A DNA stretch of 64,000 nt, taken from contig CAWDFP010000006.1 of NCBI GenBank assembly GCA_963801605.1, positions 1,408,001 through 1,472,000 of the forward strand, written 5' to 3'. Below are positions 21,133-31,144 of the stretch, one piece after another; the first letter of the stretch is position 1, and the number at the start of each line of letters is the position of its first letter. The notes beneath the pieces were generated by a model. It ran no database searches and was not told where the DNA came from. It saw only the letters and a program-made list of their open reading frames with translations. This DNA comes from an uncultured candidate division Zixibacteria bacterium (lineage in GTDB: Bacteria; Zixibacteria; MSB-5A5; UBA10806). The position numbers and the translations under genes were made by a program.

Positions 21133-22075
21133 TCAACTTTGTTGTTCAAGCCATTTTAGGATGACACTTAAGCTTCCGGTTGCCAGTGCAATGCTCGAAT
21201 CCGCCGCTCCATAATATAGGTGAATGGTATCACCATCCGGAGCAATTGTGCAGCCACACGGGAATACAACGTTATCGACATCACCGCGCTGTTCGTATGG
21301 TTTTACCGGACCGAATATCCATTCGTCGCCTCGTTTAAGGCACTTTTCCGGCGCTTGTAAATCAAACAACGCCAGGCCAAGCCGATAAATTGCGCCAGCT
21401 GCATTTTGTCGAACACCGTGATAGATTACAAGCCAACCTCTTTCCGTTTCGATGGGCGGAGACGAGAGTCCGATTTTATTTGCATCCCACCATCCACCAA
21501 GCCGAGCTTCCAACATCATTTTATGATTACCCCATTGACGCAAATCGGAAGAATAGGAAATCCACATGTGCGCCCCTGGCGAACTTACCGGACGGTGGAT
21601 CAAGGCCCAATTTCCGTCAATCCGATGCGGCAAAAGAGCCGCGTCTTTATCTTCCGGCTGCATAATTAAACCGTATCGTTCAAAGTGTCGAAAATCTTCT
21701 GTGAGGGCCAGGGCTACACCTGGCGCCATCACGCGTGTAGGCAGTGTATACGACGGCGTAATTCCTTAATTCTGGTACATAAGTAATGCGCGGATCTTCA
21801 ATGCCCCACAATTCTTCCGGAAAACGTTCGGGATCGGCCATTAAAGTGGGCTGTGAATCAATTTTCCAGTTATCGATGCCGTTGGCTGAGCGGGCCGCGC
21901 ATAAGTGAGAATGACCTCGACGATCTTCCACTCGACACAACAACAGAGTGGTTCCATCCGGCAACAATACCGCTCCAGGGTTGAATACGCTATGCACTGG
22001 GTAAGGCCAGTCGGCGGCGGTTAGGATTGGGTTTAGATTATGGCGAATAAATAATTCGGGATATTGATTGCTCAT
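21133..22075 (-). CDS. GH130-like glycosidase/phosphorylase, single frameshift near 21724
   Basis: NPIL, VFNPGA, GIEDPRI, EDKDAAL, IYHGV, VVFPCG, YYGAAD split over two ORFs by one extra base. Confidence 0.85.
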
Positions 22076-24354
22076 TATGATCCTATCTCTGTGGTTAGAA
22101 GGGGATTTTCTGCCAGTCGCAATTCCAGCAATGATTGAAGAAAGGCCAGAGTCGATTCCGCGCCTTGATTCTCGTTTGGTCGGTCAGGATGCAAGCCATC
22201 CCTGCAGCCGCCTGTTGTTGGGTCGTAAAGCGGAAGGTTCAAGTCGTTGCGCCCAAGAAACCATTCGAAGGCGCGACGGGCTTCTTTACGCCATTGTTTA
22301 TCGCCAGTGGTCCTAAAAGCTTCGAGACAAGCGGATACCATCGCCTGAGCTTCTATCGGCTGCTGATCGAATCGAGCGCGCTCGCCATCTTGATGATAAA
22401 AGCCATTAGATCCGATCGGAACAAAGTGCCCGGCTTTGGAGCGCTGCAGATCAGCCAGCCAGTGGAGTGCCTCAAGTGCATTCTCAATCATGGCGGTATT
22501 CGGAATCCATTGGCCGCACATAAGCATCGCGTGCGGCAAGGCAGCGTTACAGTAGGTCAGCTTGTCTTCATACCAACGCCATTTCTCCGAACTATTACTT
22601 TTATACATTGCCAGCAACCGCCCGGATAATTCCTCCCTGACCTGGTTGGCTCTACTGTCTCCGGTAAACCGTTGCAGGTATTCATGAATTCCGATAAGCG
22701 CGAAGGCCCAGGCTCGAGGGCTGGTCGTGTTGATAATTGCGGGCAAAGCCTGCTCAAACAACCGACCGGCCATACTCTGTAAGGACGGTATGTTCGAGCG
22801 TCCGAGGACTGTGCCCAACGCCCATAGTGTACGACCATGGCTATCATCCGATCCATTGACTTCCAGCCAATTACGCTGGTAATCCATAAAATTGCGGAAG
22901 TATCCCGTTTCAGTATTAAAGGCATACCAAATAAAAGCAAGATAACGAGTGGCAAATTCAGTGGCCTCCTCATTTCCAGTTGCTTCCAAAAGAGCGCTTA
23001 CCATCAACGCGCGGGCATTATCATCGGTGGTGTAACCCTCGATATAGTTGGGGATCGTGAAAATAGCATGCTGCAAAATGCCGGTTTCATCCGTCATGTG
23101 GCGCAAGTGGTCAATTTTAAGTGGCGGCAATTCACCTGGGCGTTTGTCTAACGGCTTGACTGCGAGCTCCTGGCGAGAAGAATGACGCCGCTCCGCTCGG
23201 GCCCGTTCAAAGCTCTCCATATAACGGCTGGCGACTTGTGGCCAGATCATATCTCGTCCAAAAACGTATGCCTTTTTGCGCATGGCATGACGCAGGGATT
23301 CATTATCCAAAAGGTTGATTACCTGATTGGCCATCGCTACTGGATCTCGGAATGGTACCAGCGCCCCGCGTCCATCTGCCAGCATTTCCTCTGCGTACCA
23401 GTAAGGAGTTGAAATGACCGCCTTTCCTGCTCCCACAGTATATGCCAGCGTACCAGACGTGATCTGGGCAGCATCGAGATATGGTGTGATATAAATATCC
23501 GCCACGCTAATGAACTGAATAAGCTCATCCAAACTGACAAAGCGATCATAAAAGATCACCTGGCCTTCTACACCTTTTTCCTGGGCCAGCCATTGCAGAG
23601 ACAGTCTATACGATTCGCCTTCATTTAGCAGTACGTGTGGATGGGTAGCACCCAGAATGATGTATACTACATTTGGGTGTTTGGCCAATATATCAGGTAA
23701 AGCGGAAATTACGTTCTCGATCCCTTTATTCGCTGATAGTAAGCCAAAGCTAAGCAGGACAATTTTACCTTCCACTCCAAACAGGTCTTTGTGAAAACTG
23801 GGATCAACAAATGGCACATCGGGTATGCCGTGTGGGATCAAGTCAATCTTACCGGGATCTACACCATATACTTCTTGCAGGAATTCAACTCCTCGAGCGC
23901 TCATAACCACCAATCGATCTGACAAAGCTGCCACTTCTTTTAATACCCGTAGCTGATTGAGATCGGGTTCGCGCAGTATTGTATGGAGGGTTGTAACAAT
24001 GGGCATCCGCAATTCGCGCAAGAGCGCTAGAATATGGCTGCCCGCCCGTCCTCCAAAAATTCCATACTCGTGTTGCAGGGATATGAGATCTACATCGTTA
24101 ATATTCAAGAAATCTGCGGCGCGGCGATAGGAATTAATATCCTTCTCCGTGAGTTCAAATCGGACGCGGGTCGGATATGAGTAACCGGCCTCGATGTCAT
24201 TGACAGGCAGAACAATGCACGTCTTTTGGCTATATTGGGTGGAAATAGCCTCGCACAAATCGGTGGTAAATGTTGCAATGCCACAATGGCGGGGCAAGTA
24301 GTTGCCGATAAATGCAATGCGATCAAGTTTCGAATTGTTTGAGCTATCATCCAT
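22075..24354 (-). CDS. GT4 glycosyltransferase fused to a six-hairpin glycosidase-like domain
   Basis: PRHCGIATF, QHEYGIFGG, QITSGTL, then GYTTDDNARA, FDQQPIE, NQGAESTL. Confidence 0.88.
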   Translation of the reverse strand: MDDSSNNSKLDRIAFIGNYLPRHCGIATFTTDLCEAISTQYSQKTCIVLPVNDIEAGYSYPTRVRFELTEKDINSYRRAADFLNINDVDLISLQHEYGIFGGRAGSHILALLRELRMPIVTTLHTILREPDLNQLRVLKEVAALSDRLVVMSARGVEFLQEVYGVDPGKIDLIPHGIPDVPFVDPSFHKDLFGVEGKIVLLSFGLLSANKGIENVISALPDILAKHPNVVYIILGATHPHVLLNEGESYRLSLQWLAQEKGVEGQVIFYDRFVSLDELIQFISVADIYITPYLDAAQITSGTLAYTVGAGKAVISTPYWYAEEMLADGRGALVPFRDPVAMANQVINLLDNESLRHAMRKKAYVFGRDMIWPQVASRYMESFERARAERRHSSRQELAVKPLDKRPGELPPLKIDHLRHMTDETGILQHAIFTIPNYIEGYTTDDNARALMVSALLEATGNEEATEFATRYLAFIWYAFNTETGYFRNFMDYQRNWLEVNGSDDSHGRTLWALGTVLGRSNIPSLQSMAGRLFEQALPAIINTTSPRAWAFALIGIHEYLQRFTGDSRANQVREELSGRLLAMYKSNSSEKWRWYEDKLTYCNAALPHAMLMCGQWIPNTAMIENALEALHWLADLQRSKAGHFVPIGSNGFYHQDGERARFDQQPIEAQAMVSACLEAFRTTGDKQWRKEARRAFEWFLGRNDLNLPLYDPTTGGCRDGLHPDRPNENQGAESTLAFLQSLLELRLAENPLLTTEIGS

Positions 24355-24682
24355 GCCTAAAATCTCTTTCCCTGCAACAAGCCTGCCCTTTGGCTGCTAA
24401 AGCTCTATTAACATAAAGAGGCGGTTGCTCCCGCGACTGCCCCTACAAGCACCTTAATAGACACCTGTAAATCCTTGCCAATCGGATATCGGAATTGGTT
24501 TTTATTATAATAACTAGATTCCGGCTCGAATGCAAGTCATATAACCAAGCTCCCTCGGATAGCTCAATGAAAATGAAGGGCGCCGAACAATACAATTTTT
24601 TCAATTCGAGATTAATGGCTTGATCTCAAATTTGATTTTATTCTCGAAATAGAAAGAAAATCATAAAGGCTAAAAGAAAGGC

Positions 24683-24777
24683 TTTCTAACAATTTTCTAA
24701 CATAACACGGCGTAATGTGGAATAAAACGGGACAATACCGGAAAAGACAGCCAGGCGTTAGTCTTTGCCCTCGTTGT
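24683..24777. repeat. ~95-bp imperfect direct repeat, copy A
   Basis: Ungapped match to 38830-38924 (offset 14147), e.g. AACAATTTTCTAACA, GACAATACCGGAAAAGAC, AGTCTTTGCCCT. Confidence 0.9.
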
Positions 24778-24819
24778 CGCTTATTGTTCGGTAATGACCC
24801 GTGTTAGGTGGTTATATCC

Positions 24820-24866
24820 GGCTTATAACCCAAAGGTCCTAAGCTTAAATCCCAGCCCCGCTACCA
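24820..24866 (+). pseudogene. Decayed 3' half of initiator tRNA-Met (att-site relic)
   Basis: GGCTTATAACCCAAAGGTC CTAAG CTTAAAT CCCAG CCCCGCT ACCA vs tRNA-fMet GGCTCATAACCCGAAGGTC..TTCAAAT..CCCCGC.ACCA; no 5' half. Confidence 0.75.
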
Positions 24867-25003
24867 AGTTAAGCCGCTGAGGTTCAACAACTCAAGTGGT
24901 TGCGTTTTTTAGGAACACCTTCGATTTTAGGGTTGACAATGTTACGTTAATCTTTTATTTTTTTTGTTGGGTTACCCAATAATTTCTTAAGGAGGAATTA
25001 TAG

Positions 25004-25693
25004 GTGCAGAAGATACAGGTGCTATTGTTAGAAGACAATCGCCTGCTTCGTGAAGGAATCACCAAAATGCTGAATGCCGAGGCGGATATCAAGGTGATTT
25101 CGTCTACTGACAGCGGTGACATCTTTGAGAATGCAAAAACACCGGCGCCAGATGTAGTGCTACTCGATTTAGGCCTAAAAGATCAAAACAGTCTGACGGT
25201 GGTCGAAGTAATCAGAAAACAATTTCCGACTACATATGTGGTTGTCATGGACCTGATACCGGCGCATGCGGAAATTGTTGAATTTGTCAAAGCTGGAGTT
25301 GCAGGTTTTATCCTCAAAGACGCGACTCTTGATGATTTTCTACATACGATCAGATCGGTTAGCAAAGGGGAAAAAATTCTCCCTCCTACGATGGCCGGTT
25401 CGCTTTTTTCTCAAATCATAGAGCATGCGCTTCAGGGCGGGAAAATCGAGGAATTAAAATCAGCAGTCAAAATGACCGCCCGTGAGCGGGACGTAATTAG
25501 TCATATCGCCGCCGGAAAAAGCAATAAAGAGATCGCCAGTGATCTCAATATTGCTGTTTATACGGTTAAAAGCCATTTGCACAACATCCTGGAAAAACTG
25601 GCTCTTCACACTCGTCTGGAGTTGGCGACATTCGCGCATTCACAACAAATAAGCCATAAACCATCCGCTGGAACTCCCGAAGATAGCGATTAG
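25004..25693 (+). CDS. NarL/LuxR-family response regulator (paralogue 2)
   Basis: Same REC + HTH motifs; AGGAGG RBS, GTG start. Confidence 0.93.
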   Translation: MQKIQVLLLEDNRLLREGITKMLNAEADIKVISSTDSGDIFENAKTPAPDVVLLDLGLKDQNSLTVVEVIRKQFPTTYVVVMDLIPAHAEIVEFVKAGVAGFILKDATLDDFLHTIRSVSKGEKILPPTMAGSLFSQIIEHALQGGKIEELKSAVKMTARERDVISHIAAGKSNKEIASDLNIAVYTVKSHLHNILEKLALHTRLELATFAHSQQISHKPSAGTPEDSD

Positions 25694-25711
25694 CATATCT
25701 ATCAAAAGAAT

Positions 25712-25766
25712 TAATCCTTTTTTCATCCCTTCGAGCGATTGATTCTAATCGAATTGGTCGTATCCT
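25712..25766 (+). promoter_or_regulatory. Island promoter motif copy 2
   Basis: TAATCCTTTTTTCATCCCTTCGAGCGATTG; TTGATT-N16-TATCCT. Confidence 0.75.
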
Positions 25767-25859
25767 TTACATAGAAATTTATAATGCTTTGGACTTTTCC
25801 CGCTAAGCTTACCCGGCCTGGAAAGGTCATCCGCTAATTAATAAGGGGAGTGTTCAGTT

Positions 25860-26513
25860 ATGAAAAAGATAAAAGTATTGCTAATCGAAGACAATCGTCT
25901 TCTGCGAGATGGGACAACCGCACTTCTTAATGAACAAGAAGACATTCGGGCAGTTTCTTCCCCGGGTAACAAAAGTGCGCTTGAGAAAGCCAAAAAGCTG
26001 GCGCCGGATGTGGTCTTGCTCGATTTGGGCCTAAAGAGCAATAATAGTATGAGGGTGCTCGAATCAATAAAGAAACAACACCCTCAAACGGAAGTTGTCG
26101 TCATGGACTTGATCCCGGTACATTCGGAAGTTGTTGAATTTGTAAAGGCTGGAGTCGCAGGTTTTATCCTCAAAGATGCGACTCTTGATGATTTTCTACA
26201 TACGATCAGATCGGTTGTCAAGGGAGAGAAGATTTTACCTCCGACAACGGCCGGCTCGCTTTTTTCTCAAATCGTGGAGCACGCGCTGCAAAGCGGCCAA
26301 ATTGACGAGGTGATGTCTACCCTTAAAATGACCAGCAGAGAGAATGAAGTGATCAACCATATAGCCAGGGGAAAAAGCAACAATGAAATTGCAGATGCGC
26401 TCAACGTTGCAGTTCATACAATCGAAAACCATATACGTAACATTTTGGATAAGTTAGCCCTTCATACGCGCCTTGAATTGGCCACACTCACTCATATTAA
26501 AGAAGTTTTGTAA
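25860..26513 (+). CDS. NarL/LuxR-family response regulator (paralogue 3)
   Basis: Same REC; HTH reads SNNEIA..TIENHIRNILDKL. Confidence 0.93.
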   Translation: MKKIKVLLIEDNRLLRDGTTALLNEQEDIRAVSSPGNKSALEKAKKLAPDVVLLDLGLKSNNSMRVLESIKKQHPQTEVVVMDLIPVHSEVVEFVKAGVAGFILKDATLDDFLHTIRSVVKGEKILPPTTAGSLFSQIVEHALQSGQIDEVMSTLKMTSRENEVINHIARGKSNNEIADALNVAVHTIENHIRNILDKLALHTRLELATLTHIKEVL

Positions 26514-26565
26514 CCGTCTGTAAAGACCAGGATAGGTTGTCGATTTATCCCTCGCTCTAAAGGGG

Positions 26566-26621
26566 TAGCTATTTTTTCAACCTTTTGGGCGATTGACCAA
26601 CCCCGGCGTATCTATTAAACT
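26566..26621 (+). promoter_or_regulatory. Island promoter motif copy 3
   Basis: TAGCTATTTTTTCAACCTTTTGGGCGATTG; TTGACC-N17-TAAACT. Confidence 0.8.
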
Positions 26622-26974
26622 AAGTTAATTATACGACATTTCTATGGAGCATATCTTCCGCTAGCACAAATCGCGTATAATCGACAATTATTAATTGGTT
26701 ATTGAAACAGGCTTTACTAAAGCAATGGAAAAGAGAGACGGTTGTTTGCGTGCGATTTAGGCGGGGAGAAATCCAGGCTTGTTATTACGATGGCCATGTA
26801 GATTGCTGCACAACGTCTAAGGCAAGTATAAAAAGATCAAGTTTATGAAGGGAATGGAGGTCCTTTTTATATACTTTAAATAGATACATTAGGGTCGAAC
26901 GACCAGCCTGAATCTCGATAAGTTGAGACCGGGTTTTGATTCACAAAAACAGGTAAAACCAAAGGAAATACATC

Positions 26975-27511
26975 ATGCGTTACATACTAGCATTAATTGC
27001 GGCAGTGCTTTTTTCGAGCGCTTTAAGTGCGCCAGCAAGCGCAGAGGTTAATATCAGTGTTAACTTCAACGTGGATCGTCAACCAATTTGGGGGCCGACC
27101 GGCTACGATCATGTTGATTATTACTATCTTCCGGACATTGACATTTATTACTACGTTCCCCAGCACAGATATTTCTATTTTGAAAAAGAACAATGGAGGA
27201 ATTCCACATCGTTACCGAGCTGTTATCGGGGATTTGATTTTTACCACTCTTACAAAGTAGTAATAAACGAGCCAACCCCTTACCGTAATGACAAAATGTA
27301 TAGAGATAGATATGCTTCGTATAAAGGTCGTCACGATCAAGAGGTAATCCGCGACAGCCGCGATTCAAAATATTTTGTAAACCCAAAACATCCCGAACAT
27401 AAAAACTGGGTAAAGCAAAATAAGCAAGCCAAGAATAATGGACGGGGTAATGGCAATGATCAGGGTAATCGCAATGGAAACGATCACGGTAATAACTCCG
27501 GACGAAAGTAG
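26975..27511 (+). CDS. Exported Tyr-rich hypothetical protein with G/N-rich tail
   Basis: Signal peptide (ASA), QPIWGPTGYDHVDYYYLPDID motif, AAGGA RBS. Confidence 0.8.
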   Translation: MRYILALIAAVLFSSALSAPASAEVNISVNFNVDRQPIWGPTGYDHVDYYYLPDIDIYYYVPQHRYFYFEKEQWRNSTSLPSCYRGFDFYHSYKVVINEPTPYRNDKMYRDRYASYKGRHDQEVIRDSRDSKYFVNPKHPEHKNWVKQNKQAKNNGRGNGNDQGNRNGNDHGNNSGRK

Positions 27512-27646
27512 CCGATTCGTAATGTGAGGTCTGTTTAAGGGCTTTGGCAAGTATACTGATTCCGCTTCGTCGATTTAGAGATATCGGCGAAGCGGGTTAA
27601 ATCAATTTCGGAAATCATAAAAGCTATTAAGACAGATAGAGCGAAT

Positions 27647-29368
27647 ATGGGTTTCAGGAATATGCGACCGATCTTAGAAGGGCAAATGATTGGCGTTAGG
27701 AAGAGATCAATTAGGATAAATGCAGGAACGATAAAACTGATGGCCTTAGTTGCGCTCATCTTAATATTAGTGTTTTCTATGCCTCTGCAAGCACAGGATA
27801 CCGGTAAGGACGATAAAGGAACTTCGCTGAATTCTAAAACGGTGGCAGATTCGACCGCCGTTAAACAAGCCGCACCAATTCCCAAGACTCCTGCAGATAC
27901 TGTTGCCGCTGAGAAAGTTGCACCACCGCCAAAGGCGGGAGCAGATTCATCCGCAATACAGAAGCGAATTGAAGTTCATTCCGAATTGGGCTTAAATACC
28001 AAATGGTATTCGGCGAGAGACTCTATTTTTTACACCAAGTACAACAAGTACGGTTATTTGAAGGATGACGACCCTGTATACAATCCTAAAAAGCCCTGGT
28101 GGCATGTGGCTCTTAAGATTACTGCCTCCAATGTTTTTACAAATACTTATGACATGCATATTCTAAAAGATAACTTTGCGAGAGTGAGCATTCATTCATG
28201 GTCTCATAATATAAAGACAGGATGGGAATGGGATACAGATAGATTCGGAATGAATTTTTTCTTTCATCCATATTCAGGGGCAAGTTATTTCAATTCGGCT
28301 CTTTCCAGTGGATATAATTACTATCAGGCGATCCCCTTTGCAATCGGTGGCAGTTTGATGTGGGAATATTTTGGGGAAAACACTCTTCCGTCGTACAACG
28401 ATATTATCAACACTCCTGTCAGCGGCATGTTTTTGGGAGGAATACTCTACCGGATAAGTTCGAATATTTTGGATGACAGAGCCACCGGTATCGGTAGGTT
28501 TTGGCGAGAGTTAGCAGCTGCGGCCGTAGATCCTTCCAGAGGTTTTGGCAGGCTTACATCGGGCAAGCTTTGGAGGCATACATCGAGAGAGATATATCAG
28601 AAAGAACCTCTTAACATTACATTATCCACCGGGTTGCGTAAACTAAATAATGGACATAGCTTTGGAACGGGATCCAATAGCGCAACATTCAACATTCATC
28701 TTGATTACGGAAATCCGTTCGAAGTAAGATCTCGAAAGCCCTTTGATTACTTTAAATTTCGAACCGATTTAAATTTCGGCGTGGGCAGGAAAACTCTGGA
28801 TAATATAACTGGCTCCGGAATCATATATGGCAATAATTATCATATCGGCTCATTGGAAATGCTGGCGGGTATATTTCAACATTATGACTATTGGGACAAC
28901 AAGACTTTTGAGTTGGGCACAATGGCCTTCGGCGGTGGTGTTGTTTCCAAATTACCCCTCACGAAGAACTCTCAGCTTTACATAACAATTCACCTTAATA
29001 TTGTGCCTCTTGCCGGAAACAGCACCCAATACGGACCCGATACATCTCAATTTAGAGACTATAATTACGGTGGCGGATTCGGAGGAAAAATCGATAACAC
29101 TCTCGAAATTGGGAAAGCGGTTAGCGCTACCTTCATCGGATATTATTATTGGATTCATACCTATGTCGGCCATAAAGGGGATCATTACTTAGGTTTGATC
29201 AGGCCCAGAATCGAACTCAGAATGATTCGCAATTTTAGCCTGGGATTTGAACATCTGGTCTATTACAGCGATAGATACCCGACTGATTTTCCTTCAATCC
29301 ACAAAGTACGGACTGAGCAGAGGGTATATTTAAAAGTATATTTTGAACAGTTCAAGCGAAAAGAATGA
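27647..29368 (+). CDS. DUF3943-like exported/outer-membrane protein (start possibly 27740)
   Basis: WEWDTD.F.MN.F.HPYSG.SYF, WEYFGE...PS.ND...T. Confidence 0.75.
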   Translation: MGFRNMRPILEGQMIGVRKRSIRINAGTIKLMALVALILILVFSMPLQAQDTGKDDKGTSLNSKTVADSTAVKQAAPIPKTPADTVAAEKVAPPPKAGADSSAIQKRIEVHSELGLNTKWYSARDSIFYTKYNKYGYLKDDDPVYNPKKPWWHVALKITASNVFTNTYDMHILKDNFARVSIHSWSHNIKTGWEWDTDRFGMNFFFHPYSGASYFNSALSSGYNYYQAIPFAIGGSLMWEYFGENTLPSYNDIINTPVSGMFLGGILYRISSNILDDRATGIGRFWRELAAAAVDPSRGFGRLTSGKLWRHTSREIYQKEPLNITLSTGLRKLNNGHSFGTGSNSATFNIHLDYGNPFEVRSRKPFDYFKFRTDLNFGVGRKTLDNITGSGIIYGNNYHIGSLEMLAGIFQHYDYWDNKTFELGTMAFGGGVVSKLPLTKNSQLYITIHLNIVPLAGNSTQYGPDTSQFRDYNYGGGFGGKIDNTLEIGKAVSATFIGYYYWIHTYVGHKGDHYLGLIRPRIELRMIRNFSLGFEHLVYYSDRYPTDFPSIHKVRTEQRVYLKVYFEQFKRKE

Positions 29369-29417
29369 AACACTTTTTGGTAATATTGGGAAGAGTTTGA
29401 AGGCTTCATTAAATATT

Positions 29418-30194
29418 ATGCGACGAAGAATTATATTATCATTCCTTCTTGTATTCATCTACGAATCCTCGCTGTTTGCGCAAAACCATTACAATATCTC
29501 GCGGTTTACACATGAAACCGGTGATTTCTTCAAACAACCTGGCAATTGGCAAGGCAACGATTGGCTTAAATTTAGCCTGTTAGCTTCTGGAACAATTTTA
29601 GTAATGCAAGTTGATCGGCCAATCCGCGATGTTGTCCTAAGAAATAACGGAAGTTACTACCACAGCATTCCGATTGAAGCCGGTAGAGTTTGGGGGGAAT
29701 GGTATACCCCGCCTGTCGTCGTAGGCGGGTTCGCGCTGCATGGATGGCTGGCGCATAATAGCTCGTCAAGAAAAGTCAGCTTTGAAATATTGCAGGCCGT
29801 GCTCTACTCCGAGTCAATTACGGGAGTATTAAAATTCGCTTTTGGAAGGGCCAGGCCGTACGAGAACGAAGGCGCATTCTCTTTTCATCCATTCTCGTTC
29901 AAGAAAGTCGGCTTTCAATCATTCCCCGGCGGACATAGCACCGAAGGTTGGGCAATGTCGGCGGTTCTTTCTCGAAACGCCCAATCAACTGCATTGAAAA
30001 TCGCTGCTTATGCCCCGGCAATACTTACTTTTGTATCACGAATTTATCAGGATCAACACTGGACATCCGATTGTTTTCTCGGCGCCGCAATCGGATATAC
30101 AGTCGGGAATTGGGTTGTGGATATTCATGAGGAAAAGGCATCGGCGGTGAAAGTTTCGGCGATCTATCCATTTATTCTAAGAATCAGCTTTTAA
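29418..30194 (+). CDS. PAP2-family phosphatase
   Basis: K.AFGRARP, SFPGGH, SRIYQDQHW.SD. Confidence 0.88.
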   Translation: MRRRIILSFLLVFIYESSLFAQNHYNISRFTHETGDFFKQPGNWQGNDWLKFSLLASGTILVMQVDRPIRDVVLRNNGSYYHSIPIEAGRVWGEWYTPPVVVGGFALHGWLAHNSSSRKVSFEILQAVLYSESITGVLKFAFGRARPYENEGAFSFHPFSFKKVGFQSFPGGHSTEGWAMSAVLSRNAQSTALKIAAYAPAILTFVSRIYQDQHWTSDCFLGAAIGYTVGNWVVDIHEEKASAVKVSAIYPFILRISF

Positions 30195-30258
30195 TTAGCA
30201 GAATAATCCACCAATCGCGCTCCGTAAAATTACCCGAAAGTGTCTCATCCCAATGGAC

Positions 30259-30313
30259 TAACCCCCTTTTCAATCCTTTGGGCGATTGATAATAAAGCAT
30301 ATCAATATATAAT
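30259..30313 (+). promoter_or_regulatory. Island promoter motif copy 4
   Basis: TAACCCCCTTTTCAATCCTTTGGGCGATTG; TTGATA-N16-TATAAT. Confidence 0.8.
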
Positions 30314-30417
30314 AGGTTCATAGAAAAGTATTAATCGTGGGAAGACAATAGGGGGCTTCCAGTTTGTATTCAAATCCGGTACCTATCCGGTAAAATTTTA
30401 AATCCGTGGAGGATAGT

Positions 30418-31077
30418 ATGTATAAGTCTAAATTAGTGATTCTCTGTTCTGCAATTTTCCTGAGTGTAACCTTGCTTTTAGCCGGAGGCTGCCAACAGGG
30501 CGCGGAAAATGCCTCGGCGGCCAAAAGCAACGTTACTCCTGTTGTACCGCAGCAAGCCAAGCTGATCGTTCCGGGTTCGACACAGTTCCTCGTCACCCTT
30601 AATGAGACTGTGGAAACCAATAAAAACCAGGTTGGTGACATTGTTAGTGGCCAACTGGCTAAATCCATCGATGTGGCAGGAAAGGTAGTCCTTCCCGAGG
30701 GGTCGAATGTTAATATGATCATCACCCAGCTTGTTAAAGGGGGTACGATGAAAACGAGACCTGAAATCGCCTTTACTATCAGGGATATCACCCTGGCCGA
30801 TGGGAGGGTCTATTCCATAGAGTCAAACCAAGTCTATGAAAAGGGACGAAGTCACACCGGGCGTGAGGTTGGAATGATCGGTGGCGGAGCAGCAGCGGGC
30901 GCGGTTGTTGGCGCCTTGCTTGGTAAAGGGAAAGGGGCCGTTATCGGAGCGGTTGCCGGAGCAGCGGCAGGAACCGGCGCTTCGGCTCTAACGGGTCGAC
31001 AGAATCTGGTTTATTCGGCTGGCGAGATGATAACTTTCACTTCGACACAACCAATAACCGTGACCATGCGGCGGTAA
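30418..31077 (+). CDS. Lipoprotein with C-terminal glycine zipper
   Basis: Lipobox AGGC; IGGGAAAGAVVGALLG.GKGAVIGA. Confidence 0.8.
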   Translation: MYKSKLVILCSAIFLSVTLLLAGGCQQGAENASAAKSNVTPVVPQQAKLIVPGSTQFLVTLNETVETNKNQVGDIVSGQLAKSIDVAGKVVLPEGSNVNMIITQLVKGGTMKTRPEIAFTIRDITLADGRVYSIESNQVYEKGRSHTGREVGMIGGGAAAGAVVGALLGKGKGAVIGAVAGAAAGTGASALTGRQNLVYSAGEMITFTSTQPITVTMRR

Positions 31078-31144
31078 TGATTCAGGGGGTTGTTAGTTTA
31101 ATAATAGGAGTTTTCAGCGTAACATTTTCTGAAAGGATTGAAAA

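Noticed and set aside
24820..24866. Functional tRNA
   Set aside because: No 5' half or D-arm; T-arm and anticodon mutated
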